Made by a program: the position numbers and the translations under genes. A stretch of DNA of 64,000 nucleotides from Nitrospira sp. (GTDB taxonomy: Bacteria > Nitrospirota > Nitrospiria > Nitrospirales > Nitrospiraceae): positions 1,216,001 through 1,280,000 of the forward strand of contig AP038806.1 of the NCBI GenBank assembly GCA_047150005.1. The letters run 5' to 3'. The notes under the pieces were generated by a model. It had not been told where the DNA came from, ran no database searches, and worked only from the letters and a program-made list of their open reading frames with translations. This document shows, piece after piece, positions 18,060-27,387 of the stretch. Position 1 is the first letter of the stretch, and each line of letters starts with the position of its first letter.

Positions 18060-19859
18060 CTATTTCATCGCAACGGCCCGCACCTGAGCATAGACAGTCA
18101 AGCCTCGAAGAACTTTAGTGATGCCATTCTGAAGCAAGGTTTCCATACCTCCCTGCGTGGCCACGGCGAGCATCTCGCTCGCCGGAGCTTTGGACTGAAT
18201 AAGCTTCTTCAATTGATCTGACACTACCAGGAACTCATGGATCGCCACTCGTCCTTTGAATCCCGTCCGATTGCACGCTTGGCAACCGCGACCCCGATGT
18301 AGGGTCGTACGATTCTGGTCATCGACATCAAGCTCAGCCAAGAACCGACCTCCATAACCCTGCATCAGCTCATCCCACTCTTGACGAGACGGCCGATAGG
18401 CTTCCCTGCATTCGCTGCAGATCTTCTTACAAAGCCGTTGTGCGAGAATACCAAGGATGGAGTCCGCGAAGTTAAATGAATCGCAACCGAGATCAAGAAG
18501 TCTAATGACGGTCTCCACAGCGCTATTGGTATGCAGAGTGCTCAATACCAGGTGTCCGGTTAAAGAAGCCTCGATCGCGATATCGGCGGTCTCTTTGTCG
18601 CGCATTTCTCCGATCATGATTACGTCCGGATCAGCCCGTAAGAATGCGCGCATGGCCGTCGAGAACGTCAGTCCAATCTTGTGATGGACTTGAACCTGTC
18701 TGAGCCCATCTTGTGTAATTTCAATCGGATCTTCCGCCGTCCAGATTTTCCGCTCATCGGTATTGATATGCCTAAGCAGGGCGTGTAGCGTGGTTGTCTT
18801 TCCTGATCCTGTAGGTCCCACACACAGTAGAAGACCGTGAGGCTTTTCGGAGAGACCTTTGATCGCCTCCAGCGTCGCGCCCGACAACTCTATCGCATTC
18901 AGGGACATCGGCTCTTTCGCAGTCAGCAGGCGGAGAACAACATCCTCGTCACCTCCTGCAGTAGGAAGCGTCGCGACCCGCAACTCGATATTCCGGCTTG
19001 TAGACAGCTTGAATGCGATCTTTCCATCCTGCGGCTTGCGTCGTTCAGCGATATCCAGATTGGCCATGATCTTCAGTCTCGATACGATGGCGCGACGATA
19101 CGCCGCCGGAATCTTCATGTGTGTAAAACACGACCCATCGACTCGATAGCGAACAGCGGTATCCTTTCGATCCGCATAGGGTTCAATATGGAGGTCCGAT
19201 GCGCCCAATCGATCCGCCTCCAGGATCATGTGATTCGCCAGCCGCACTATCGCCGAATCATTTTCGTCAACAGTGCTGGTGGGAGCCTCGAGCGGTTGAA
19301 CGACAGGAATGTCATGGACGAGCTCGCTCAGGATCTCTCCGAGCAGCGTGTTCTTTGCGGGTCTAGCGACGGCAGCCAAGAACTGCTCGACATCTCGCTT
19401 CAGCCCAACGCTGTAACGAATCGAGACACCCGAGAATGCTCTTCTGACATCCCAGTGTTTTTCAGGATCATTGGGATCGGTGGTGAGGACGTCTATGAGA
19501 GTGCCGTGTCGTGCAATCGGCAGCCATAAATGTCTCTTGAGATAGTCAATATTAAGCGTCTTGAACAGCTCGGCGTCGATGATCGTTCGTTCGTCATAGG
19601 GCAAGTAGGGACATTGGTAGAACTCGCTGAGCGCGGTGCCCACCGCTTCCTTCGACACTTGATACTTATCAAGCAGAATCCCTTCTAGATCTTCGCCTCC
19701 CTTGGCCTCCTCTATCGCAGCTTCTACATCTATCGGAGCAACGCACCCTCGAAGCACCAAAGCATCCAGCACATTCTGCTCGATCACGTACCGAGATCGA
19801 GACGCAAGCCTCGTTACTGGTTGGCGAGTGAGTTCCGAATGACCGTCGCCGTCTTCCAT
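18060..19859 (-). CDS. PilB/GspE-family filament assembly ATPase
   Basis: Walker A GPTGSGKTT, Asp box EDPIE, Walker B IMIGEMRD, His box GHLVLSTLH, CSEC...CQAC zinc motif. Confidence 0.93.
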   Translation of the reverse strand: MEDGDGHSELTRQPVTRLASRSRYVIEQNVLDALVLRGCVAPIDVEAAIEEAKGGEDLEGILLDKYQVSKEAVGTALSEFYQCPYLPYDERTIIDAELFKTLNIDYLKRHLWLPIARHGTLIDVLTTDPNDPEKHWDVRRAFSGVSIRYSVGLKRDVEQFLAAVARPAKNTLLGEILSELVHDIPVVQPLEAPTSTVDENDSAIVRLANHMILEADRLGASDLHIEPYADRKDTAVRYRVDGSCFTHMKIPAAYRRAIVSRLKIMANLDIAERRKPQDGKIAFKLSTSRNIELRVATLPTAGGDEDVVLRLLTAKEPMSLNAIELSGATLEAIKGLSEKPHGLLLCVGPTGSGKTTTLHALLRHINTDERKIWTAEDPIEITQDGLRQVQVHHKIGLTFSTAMRAFLRADPDVIMIGEMRDKETADIAIEASLTGHLVLSTLHTNSAVETVIRLLDLGCDSFNFADSILGILAQRLCKKICSECREAYRPSRQEWDELMQGYGGRFLAELDVDDQNRTTLHRGRGCQACNRTGFKGRVAIHEFLVVSDQLKKLIQSKAPASEMLAVATQGGMETLLQNGITKVLRGLTVYAQVRAVAMK

Positions 19860-19917
19860 TCATCGCCCTGATGCCCCAGACCAGGTTCGCTCGCCAGGAC
19901 TTCGATCTCAGCTGTAT

Positions 19918-21390
19918 TCACAAGACTCGCCAGCTCCCAGGAGCCTTGTATACGACGGGCAAACCACGAAAGAGCCCCTGCGCCAAGTCGGCGTCATACC
20001 AGATCTCGAGATTTGCTCCTCGGTTTGTACTCACGACGGTCTCTCCGGCCTTTGCTGCACCGAAAAGTTTCACTGAATGCTCCACAGTAATTGTCCCACC
20101 TACCCATAGAAGACCGCGGAAATGGACGCCTGAGAGTTGAACCGGTATTCTCATTCCCAGGGCCCTTGTTCCGTTCTGGCCAGGGCTCAGAACTGGAAAT
20201 GATCGGCCTGGACCTTGCGACCTTAGGACTACATGACCGTGCACGATCAGCACGGACTCAAGATAGTCCGCATCCAACACCAGCGTCCCCATATTATCTG
20301 GGCTTGGCGGCTCGCCATCCATAGTATCGATGAATACTAGGCCGCGATGATCGCCGACTGTCTGAGAGGCAAGCAATTCGGAAGGGGAGGAACCTCGCTC
20401 CCCTTCTGATGCATCCTGATGATGAAGCAACCCTTGTCCATCGAGTCGATAGTAGACTCCGTAGCGTAGGGCCGTCCGATTCATTGACTCATAGTCCCAC
20501 TGGTCCAATCGGACGCCAGGCAACGGGGACTGTTGAAGGTGAACGTTCTGCGGCGGAACCGGATGCACACTCTGGCCAGGCGGCGGGATAATCACTGTCA
20601 ACTCACCACCGATCCAGTATTCAACCCAACGATCGACGGCCTGCTTGAGTAGGTCATAGGGCTGCTCCGTCACCGGAGCATCGCCGGTCTTCACCGCGAT
20701 GTCTTCTAGTCTTCTCACGACCAGGTTACCTGCGACACGTTGATCTCCCCAATGAACCCGTACTGGGGATTCCCCGTCTGTCTGAGCGGTACCGAGTCCC
20801 CCTCCAACTTGTATCGCCGCCCGTATGGCAGGAATAGTCAGAGCACCAAGCTGAACCTGAACTGTTCTTGTCAACGACCTTGCCCCGTTGGTTGAAGCTG
20901 TTATCTCCATCGTAGCCAGCAATCCGGGGCGAAGAGGACCATATAACTTGAATCGTGTGAGACGCCCTATGTCCCGCAGAACTCCCGCGAATCCGCTTGG
21001 CGGCCCGTTCAGGATGTTATTGTCTGCAGCGTTGCCTGCATCGAACAGGATATCTGGATGATCCGCCGTTCCGGCAAATTGTGAACGGAGTGCGGCATCG
21101 AAGAAGGAAGGACCAGTCGTCGGATCCCCCTGTCGTCTGGCCAACAATTCTCTCACGGCCGCCGGCGTGGTGCTCGGATCATGGAACCAGCTCATAACCA
21201 AGTCCGTCGCTGAGTCAGCGAGTTGTTCTGCGATTGTTTCCTCCTTCATGGCCGAGATTCCTGGTCTGTCTTGACCGGCCAGATAGAGCGATGACATCCC
21301 AAACATGGAGAGAATCAGGATGAGCATGAGCGTGGCCAAGAGCACATGACCACCTTCCCGCTCCGACTTCATTATCATTTGATGGCACAT
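19918..21390 (-). CDS. Large PilX/GspK-like pilin-type protein
   Basis: EGG|HVLLATL N-terminal hydrophobic helix, AEQLADSA; C-terminal beta-helix-like repeats ending GSWR; GGAGG RBS. Confidence 0.65.
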   Translation of the reverse strand: MCHQMIMKSEREGGHVLLATLMLILILSMFGMSSLYLAGQDRPGISAMKEETIAEQLADSATDLVMSWFHDPSTTPAAVRELLARRQGDPTTGPSFFDAALRSQFAGTADHPDILFDAGNAADNNILNGPPSGFAGVLRDIGRLTRFKLYGPLRPGLLATMEITASTNGARSLTRTVQVQLGALTIPAIRAAIQVGGGLGTAQTDGESPVRVHWGDQRVAGNLVVRRLEDIAVKTGDAPVTEQPYDLLKQAVDRWVEYWIGGELTVIIPPPGQSVHPVPPQNVHLQQSPLPGVRLDQWDYESMNRTALRYGVYYRLDGQGLLHHQDASEGERGSSPSELLASQTVGDHRGLVFIDTMDGEPPSPDNMGTLVLDADYLESVLIVHGHVVLRSQGPGRSFPVLSPGQNGTRALGMRIPVQLSGVHFRGLLWVGGTITVEHSVKLFGAAKAGETVVSTNRGANLEIWYDADLAQGLFRGLPVVYKAPGSWRVL

Positions 21391-21420
21391 GACCACCTCC
21401 CCGGTCCGCCACAGCTCGAG

Positions 21421-22161
21421 TCATGATTTCAAACTGATTTCCCGAATAGTTTTAGTCCCCTGCCCCCGCAGAGTTACTTCAACGACGACTCGCTTGAGAT
21501 GCCGAGGCTGACTCACCGTCCGTCCATCTTCGCCCCAATATGAGAACTTGGCCGCTTGAAGGTCTCCGACCAGAACGCTGGCTCCTCCATCGACCATCCG
21601 TAACAGTCTCTTGTTGCCCAGGTCGTCCTGCTTGCTATAGTAACGAACACGGTTGCGGACCGATATGGAGGCTCCCGTCGGAATCGCGGTTACTACCGGC
21701 TGCGTGATTGTTAGCAGTGTTCGTTGTCCATCCCGTGCAAGCGTCATCACTTCGTTCTGATTATTCCAACTGATGACGATCGTCTTTCGTTCTGGCCATC
21801 CCCTGCCGTCATCGACCCGTATCGAGGTTTGGCCCGAGGCGACGGGGCCACTAACTGTGGTGACCAAACCGTTGACATTCGCTCCGAACTCGAGCTCCTC
21901 CTGTCCCATGATCGACACGGATTCAGCCTCAGCCTGGTGAATTTCTTGCTCCAGCACCTCAAGACCGAGGCGCAGGTCTTGTTGCCGTGCGATGGAAGAC
22001 TGTTGGAAGGAGAATTGCCGATGAAAGAAGGACAACGTCTGCCAGGCAGCTGACAAGATGATGAGACCAGCCGCAGTGGCGATCAGCAGCTCCAGGAGAG
22101 TCGTCCCGCACTCACTCTGTTCAGAACGAAGGACGCGGCTGCGAGAATACATCGGCAACAT
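21421..22161 (-). CDS. PilW/GspJ-like minor pilin
   Basis: ECG|TTLLELLIA; QDLRLGLEVLEQEI; VRYY...LLRMVDGG. Confidence 0.75.
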   Translation of the reverse strand: MLPMYSRSRVLRSEQSECGTTLLELLIATAAGLIILSAAWQTLSFFHRQFSFQQSSIARQQDLRLGLEVLEQEIHQAEAESVSIMGQEELEFGANVNGLVTTVSGPVASGQTSIRVDDGRGWPERKTIVISWNNQNEVMTLARDGQRTLLTITQPVVTAIPTGASISVRNRVRYYSKQDDLGNKRLLRMVDGGASVLVGDLQAAKFSYWGEDGRTVSQPRHLKRVVVEVTLRGQGTKTIREISLKS

Positions 22162-22180
22162 GATTGGCCTACGGAAAAGG

Positions 22181-22669
22181 CTACTCGCCAACATAGGCAG
22201 GATTTGCTCTGACCGCGACCAGCTTTACTTCTCGCTGCCCTTGGTCGGTCTCATATGAGGCTCGGCTTTCGATGACTACATACCCTGCTCCCGACAGGTG
22301 CCCTGTTCGACTCGGTGTCACCGTCCATGTAAGGGATACACCATCCCTCTGAGCAGTCGCTGAGTAGACTCCATCTCCTCCGACCAGGTCTCCATCTTGG
22401 CCATCATCGCGCATGAGGCTCTCCGGAATGCCATCATAATCGAGATCGTCCATGAGGAGCCGCTCCCATCGAACGGATCGCTTCGCTTCAATACGCGATT
22501 GAGCCATCGCCAACGCTCGGCTGGACAATGTTCCCAACGTGATAATTCTCTCGGCCATGTGGAAGGCTCCTATGGCTCCCATGAGCACCAACGGCAAGAT
22601 TGCCATCGCGACCAAGACTTCCGCGAAGCTGACTCCGATACAATCGGTCATAATCGGACGCTGCGTCAT
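22181..22669 (-). CDS. PilV/GspI-like minor pilin
   Basis: CIG|VSFAEVLVA; ALAMAQSRIE. Confidence 0.72.
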   Translation of the reverse strand: MTQRPIMTDCIGVSFAEVLVAMAILPLVLMGAIGAFHMAERIITLGTLSSRALAMAQSRIEAKRSVRWERLLMDDLDYDGIPESLMRDDGQDGDLVGGDGVYSATAQRDGVSLTWTVTPSRTGHLSGAGYVVIESRASYETDQGQREVKLVAVRANPAYVGE

Positions 22670-23127
22670 GAGAGGGAGACGCGTCCAGTGATGCTCACGG
22701 TCAATGTGATTTTTCTCCCCACGCTGTCGAATATGGCAATGGTCGTTGCCGTAGCCGAGCGCCCGCTCGGGTAAAATAGTACGTTCGGTCCGGCGCTCGG
22801 CATCTCGAGTACGACCCCCTTGTCGGCGTAGTGATATTCGTCGAGCACATCTCCGGAATCCACTCGCATGAATGTGAGAGAGCCGCGCGATTGGTCGAAC
22901 TGAACAAGTAATCGTTCGCGTCTGGCCATTGCCAGTTGCCTGGTCAGACGAAGCTCTGATGCAATCTCAGCGGCAACGGATCGTGCTTGTGCTCTTGCAA
23001 TCGCCGCCTTGTAGCTCGGTCCCGCCAGTGCCGCCATTACGGCCAGAATCACCAAGACCGTCAACATTTCGGTCAGACTTGCCCCGCGCTCTTGTGCATT
23101 GGGTCTCAAGAAGTATGCAGGTGACAT
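22666..23127 (-). CDS. FimT/GspH-like minor pilin
   Basis: ERG|ASLTEMLTV; SELRLTRQLAM; FYPSG; SITGRV. Confidence 0.78.
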   Translation of the reverse strand: MSPAYFLRPNAQERGASLTEMLTVLVILAVMAALAGPSYKAAIARAQARSVAAEIASELRLTRQLAMARRERLLVQFDQSRGSLTFMRVDSGDVLDEYHYADKGVVLEMPSAGPNVLFYPSGRSATATTIAIFDSVGRKITLTVSITGRVSLS

Positions 23128-23159
23128 GATCTCGTCAGTTCCGATAGGAAATCGGAATC

Positions 23160-23175
23160 TCCAAGACTCGTGCCG
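23160..23175 (-). promoter_or_regulatory. Possible sigma54-type promoter with a non-canonical -12 element, for the second pilin cassette
   Basis: Minus strand CGGCACGAGTCTTGGA: strong GGCAC -24 element, but TTGG instead of TTGC at -12. Confidence 0.4.
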
Positions 23176-23341
23176 TCCTCGCACAGGCTGGTCGCTGCGA
23201 CTTTGTCCACAGGAAGTGGCCAGAAAGCGCTATAACTTCTTGACGCGCAGGGTCGTTTTGAGGATCGGGGAACTGAGGATGTCTGTAATCTGATCGGATA
23301 CAACGGACTTCCGGTTCAGATACAGAACGCGCGGTGAAGAG

Positions 23342-24118
23342 TCAGGACGGACTCAGCAGACCCTGATACCAATCAAGAATGGGTTGAGCAAAAAACATCG
23401 ATACGAGGGCCCCAAAGGCAAGAAACGGTCCGAACGGAATGTACTCATCCCGCTTGATCACCTGAAGGCCGATTAAGGAGACACCGATCAGGGACCCTGT
23501 CAAGGAACCGACCATGATCGTCAAAAGAGCCGGCTTCCATCCGAGAAAGGCACCTATCATGGCCAATAACTTAATATCCCCCCCACCCATGCCTTCCTTG
23601 CCGAAGACGTATGGACTAATCCACGCCAGTGCCCAAAGGATGCCCCCCCCTACAAGAATCCCCAAAAGGGCGTTTACCCATCCCACCGGCAGAACGGTAA
23701 CAGCTCCTAAGAAGCCAACGAAGAGGCCCGGCAATGTGATGGCATCCGGAATGATTTGGTGTGAGAGGTCGGTGCCGACCACCACGAGCAAGGCGGAGAG
23801 CAACAGACCGTAGAGAACGGCGGGCCATCCAGGACCGAAAAACCACAGAATACCTATGTACCCCGCCGCGTTGGCAACTTCCACAGCCGGATACTGCAAA
23901 GGAATCCTCACACGACAGGCTCGGCACCGTCCTCTCAACCAGAGATAACTGAACACAGGAATATTGTCGTAGAATTGAAGCGGATTTCCGCAAGCCGGAC
24001 AATGCGACCCGGGCCAAACGACGGATTCACCACGAGGCAGCCGAAAAATGCACACGTTTAGGAAGCTCCCCACCAGGCAGCCCAGCACAGCCACAACGAT
24101 ATAAAGATAGACATGCAT
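23342..24118 (-). CDS. pilD: Prepilin peptidase/N-methyltransferase
   Basis: GSFLNVCIFRLP, two CxxC motifs, GMGGGDIKL, IPFGPFL; AGGAGG RBS. Confidence 0.96.
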   Translation of the reverse strand: MHVYLYIVVAVLGCLVGSFLNVCIFRLPRGESVVWPGSHCPACGNPLQFYDNIPVFSYLWLRGRCRACRVRIPLQYPAVEVANAAGYIGILWFFGPGWPAVLYGLLLSALLVVVGTDLSHQIIPDAITLPGLFVGFLGAVTVLPVGWVNALLGILVGGGILWALAWISPYVFGKEGMGGGDIKLLAMIGAFLGWKPALLTIMVGSLTGSLIGVSLIGLQVIKRDEYIPFGPFLAFGALVSMFFAQPILDWYQGLLSPS

Positions 24119-24180
24119 GGACCGCCTCCTAGACCCCACCGACTGAGGTACGTATTCTCACTAGGGCCATAGAGCTTCGA

Positions 24181-24210
24181 TTTACAGGGACCAAACCGAC
24201 CTCCTATAAT
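24181..24210 (+). promoter_or_regulatory. sigma70-type promoter for the luxR-type gene
   Basis: TTTACA-N18-TATAAT. Confidence 0.5.
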
Positions 24211-24302
24211 TTCACTATGGGCACTAGGGTTTGTTCTCCGGTGTTTTCACGTGCAGTAAAATTATAACGGAATTTCCTTTCATTCAAAGGAGAACGGCAA
24301 AC

Positions 24303-24578
24303 ATGACACGAGTGATCAAGGCTAAACCTAGATCGCCCCTCGTCGACTTGACTCCACCGCCACGGAAAAAGCGCCCGGAATCCTTGACGAGTCGGGAACA
24401 AGAAATCCTCGAATTGATCTGGGCCGGATTCAAGAACAAGGAAATCGGTCAGCGGCTCAAGATCAGCGTCAAGACTGTCGAGGCACATCGTGCCAATATG
24501 ATGAAAAAGCTCCGCGTTTCCAATACGGCACAATTGTTGAAAACCTCGATCCAAGGCGGAATGATCAGGCTTCGGTAG
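24303..24578 (+). CDS. Stand-alone LuxR/GerE-type HTH regulator
   Basis: LTSREQEILELIWAGFKNKEIGQRLKISVKTVEAHRANMMKKL; AAGGAG RBS. Confidence 0.9.
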   Translation: MTRVIKAKPRSPLVDLTPPPRKKRPESLTSREQEILELIWAGFKNKEIGQRLKISVKTVEAHRANMMKKLRVSNTAQLLKTSIQGGMIRLR

Positions 24579-25350
24579 GACCGGACATGTGCTTTCGGCT
24601 TCGCTGCCGCACGGCTTCGAACAGCACAACCGATACTGCGGCAGAGACATTCAACGATTCAACCTTCCCCATCATCGGGATACGCAGCAGCTCGTCGCAC
24701 TCCTTCCGTACACCCGGCCGAATACCCTCGCCTTCGCCGCCCACGACGATCGCAAGCGGACCGGTCAAATCGGTTTGCGTATAGATCTTCGTCGCTGAGG
24801 GTTCCACCCCATACACCCAAATTCCTGCTCTCTTCAGACCTTCCATGAGTCTGGTGAGATTCGTGACCCGTGAAACCATCATATGATCAATCGCCCCCGC
24901 GGAAACTTTTGCAACGACAGACGTCAGGCCTACCGCCCGCCGTTCCGGTATGCATATACCGTGAACGCCCGCTGCCTCAGCGGTGCGCAGCACCGCACCG
25001 AGGTTGTGGGGATCTTCGACTCCATCAAGAAGGAGAAGGAATGGAGGCTCTTTGCGCAAGTGAGCCGATTCGAGAATCTCATCAAGGCTGCTGTAAGATT
25101 TGGCTGCGACGAACGCGATGACCCCTTGATGCTTTCCACCAGGAACGAGACGATCGAACGCGGCAGACGGCCCAAGCTGCACAGGAACACGGTGCTCTTT
25201 GGCCCGCTGGACCAAGTCGCCGAACTGGCGATCCACTCTCAGAACCAGAAGGCGCTGTATGGGTCGGATACCGGCTCTGAGAGCCTCTCGAACCGCGTGC
25301 AATCCGTAGAGAATCTCCGACGGCTCATCGCTTCCATCGGCTGGTGCCAT
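24565..25350 (-). CDS. rlmB: 23S rRNA Gm2251 methyltransferase RlmB
   Basis: HQGV, DPHNLGAVLRTA, GEGEG, IPM..ESLNVS (SpoU motifs); follows cysS. Confidence 0.93.
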   Translation of the reverse strand: MAPADGSDEPSEILYGLHAVREALRAGIRPIQRLLVLRVDRQFGDLVQRAKEHRVPVQLGPSAAFDRLVPGGKHQGVIAFVAAKSYSSLDEILESAHLRKEPPFLLLLDGVEDPHNLGAVLRTAEAAGVHGICIPERRAVGLTSVVAKVSAGAIDHMMVSRVTNLTRLMEGLKRAGIWVYGVEPSATKIYTQTDLTGPLAIVVGGEGEGIRPGVRKECDELLRIPMMGKVESLNVSAAVSVVLFEAVRQRSRKHMSGPTEA

Positions 25351-26737
25351 CTGGTTTGTCCTCGATGGTAATACCCTGAGCTGCAAGCTCGCGTCTAATG
25401 GCATCGGCGAGCTTAAAGTCTTTCCTTTTCTTGGCTTCAATCCGTTCCACAATCCTCGCTTCAACGTCTGCGTTGGTCAACCCGACTTTCTCGGGCTGAT
25501 TGAATTGCCACTGATCCAGTTGAAACAGCCCTAACACTTTTCCCAGCGTGCGAAACGTTTCCCGTGCCTCTCTTTTCTTGCCTCCTGGCAAGCCTTTCAA
25601 TAGTTGTCTATTCAGTTCACCCCGCAGTTCCTGCAGCGCAGCCAAGGCCTGCGGGGTATTGAGATCGTCGTTCATCGCCCTTTCGAACCCCGCTTGGTAA
25701 AAACCAATTGCAAAGTCCAACTCCTCATCCTGTCCTGTCTCAGTCAACCGCAGGAACAGGTCATAAAATCCATCCAGCGCTCTCTTAGATTCCAGCAACG
25801 CCTGATCGGAAAAATCGAGCGGCCTACGATAGTGAGTTGAGAGCAGGAAGTATCGAATAATCTCTCCCGTCACTTCCTCGGACCATTGCGACTTTTCAAA
25901 AATCTCTCTGATCGTAAAGAAGTTGCCCGAGGACTTCGACATCTTCTCGTGATTGATCTGGACGAACCCGTTGTGAATCCAATAACGTGCGAATTCTTTT
26001 CCCGTTGCACCGCTAGATTGAGCAATTTCGTTCTCGTGGTGCGGGAAAATGAGGTCCATGCCCCCGCCGTGAATGTCGAACGTCTCCCCCAAATACTTGA
26101 TTGACATGGCCGAACATTCAATGTGCCAGCCTGGTCGGCCCATACCCCAAGGACTCGGCCACGATGGCTCGCCGGGCTTGCTGCTCTTCCACAAGGCAAA
26201 ATCCATCGGATGGCGCTTGCGCTCATCCACTTCGACACGCGCGCCGGCTTGGAGACCTTCGAGTTTGCGTTTGGACAATCGTCCGTACGCAGGGTACTTA
26301 TTGACCTGGAAGTACACGTCGCCGCCAACGTGGTAGGCCAGATCATTCTTGATCAGCCTTTCCGTCATCGCAACGATGTCGGCGATGTGCTCTGTAGCCC
26401 GCGGCTCTTTCGTTGCTCGTGCAATCCCCACTTTGTCCATATCCTGGTAGTAGGCCTCGATGAATTGCGTTGTGATGGCCTCGTACGGCACACTTCTCTC
26501 ACGGGCCCGGTTGATGATCTTGTCGTCGACATCGGTGAAGTTCTTCACGAACTCAACCGCATACCCGACATGCTCCAGATACCGCCGAAGCACATCGAAC
26601 ACCAGCGCGCTGCGCCCGTGACCGATGTGACAATAGTCGTAGACCGTGACCCCACAGACGTACATCCGAACCCTGTTGGGTTCCAAGGACTTGAAGGGTT
26701 CCTGCCTCCCGGTGAGGGTGTTAAACAATGTCAGCAT
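25325..26737 (-). CDS. cysS: Cysteine--tRNA ligase
   Basis: CGVTVYD..HIGH, GRPGWHIECS, KMSKS. Confidence 0.98.
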   Translation of the reverse strand: MLTLFNTLTGRQEPFKSLEPNRVRMYVCGVTVYDYCHIGHGRSALVFDVLRRYLEHVGYAVEFVKNFTDVDDKIINRARERSVPYEAITTQFIEAYYQDMDKVGIARATKEPRATEHIADIVAMTERLIKNDLAYHVGGDVYFQVNKYPAYGRLSKRKLEGLQAGARVEVDERKRHPMDFALWKSSKPGEPSWPSPWGMGRPGWHIECSAMSIKYLGETFDIHGGGMDLIFPHHENEIAQSSGATGKEFARYWIHNGFVQINHEKMSKSSGNFFTIREIFEKSQWSEEVTGEIIRYFLLSTHYRRPLDFSDQALLESKRALDGFYDLFLRLTETGQDEELDFAIGFYQAGFERAMNDDLNTPQALAALQELRGELNRQLLKGLPGGKKREARETFRTLGKVLGLFQLDQWQFNQPEKVGLTNADVEARIVERIEAKKRKDFKLADAIRRELAAQGITIEDKPDGTSRWKR

Positions 26738-26743
26738 GTCGCA

Positions 26744-27382
26744 CTATGAAGGACGGTCGTATTCACGCCGAGGCCAGTGTGACCAGAGAAAGTAACCGCC
26801 GGCCAGCACCAACAGGAGGCCGATGACGATATCGAACTGGTGAAAATAGTCATGGAGTTGATCCCACTGCTCCCCCATTTTGACACCGATGTAGGCCAGG
26901 AGATAGCACCAGGGCAACGCACCGACGAACGTGAACAGTACGAAGCGGGGGAAATTCATCGCGGCGATCCCCGCTGGTAACGAAATGAAGGTTCGGACGA
27001 CCGGCAGCATACGGCTGAATAACACGGCCGCATCACCGTATTTCTGAAACCAGCGATCGGCAAGATCAAGGTCTCTGTGCGAGACCAACATATACGGGCC
27101 ATAGCGCTCGACAAACGGCCGTCCGCCCCACACCCCGGCGTAATAGGCGACGATCGACCCGACGACGTTGCCGATGGCGCCGGCCAAAGTGACGCCGATC
27201 AAGCTGAACTGTCCGGTGGTGACGAGATACCCAGAAAACGGCATGATAATCTCGCTGGGCAACGGAATGCAGGCGCTCTCAATCGCCATCGTCAGAAAAA
27301 TGCCGCTGTACCCGAGAGAACTGATCGTATTCATGACGAAGCGGCCTAACAGTGTGACAATCGCCTCGATCAACCCTCCCAT
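26744..27382 (-). CDS. DedA-family membrane protein
   Basis: ESACIPLPSE, FSRMLPVVRTFISLPAG. Confidence 0.93.
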   Translation of the reverse strand: MGGLIEAIVTLLGRFVMNTISSLGYSGIFLTMAIESACIPLPSEIIMPFSGYLVTTGQFSLIGVTLAGAIGNVVGSIVAYYAGVWGGRPFVERYGPYMLVSHRDLDLADRWFQKYGDAAVLFSRMLPVVRTFISLPAGIAAMNFPRFVLFTFVGALPWCYLLAYIGVKMGEQWDQLHDYFHQFDIVIGLLLVLAGGYFLWSHWPRREYDRPS

Positions 27383-27387
27383 ATGCC

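Noticed and set aside
23578..23650. C7 and C8 runs in pilD as possible phase-variation tracts
   Set aside because: They are short, the frame is intact, and they encode conserved Gly-rich motifs (MGGGD, VGGG).
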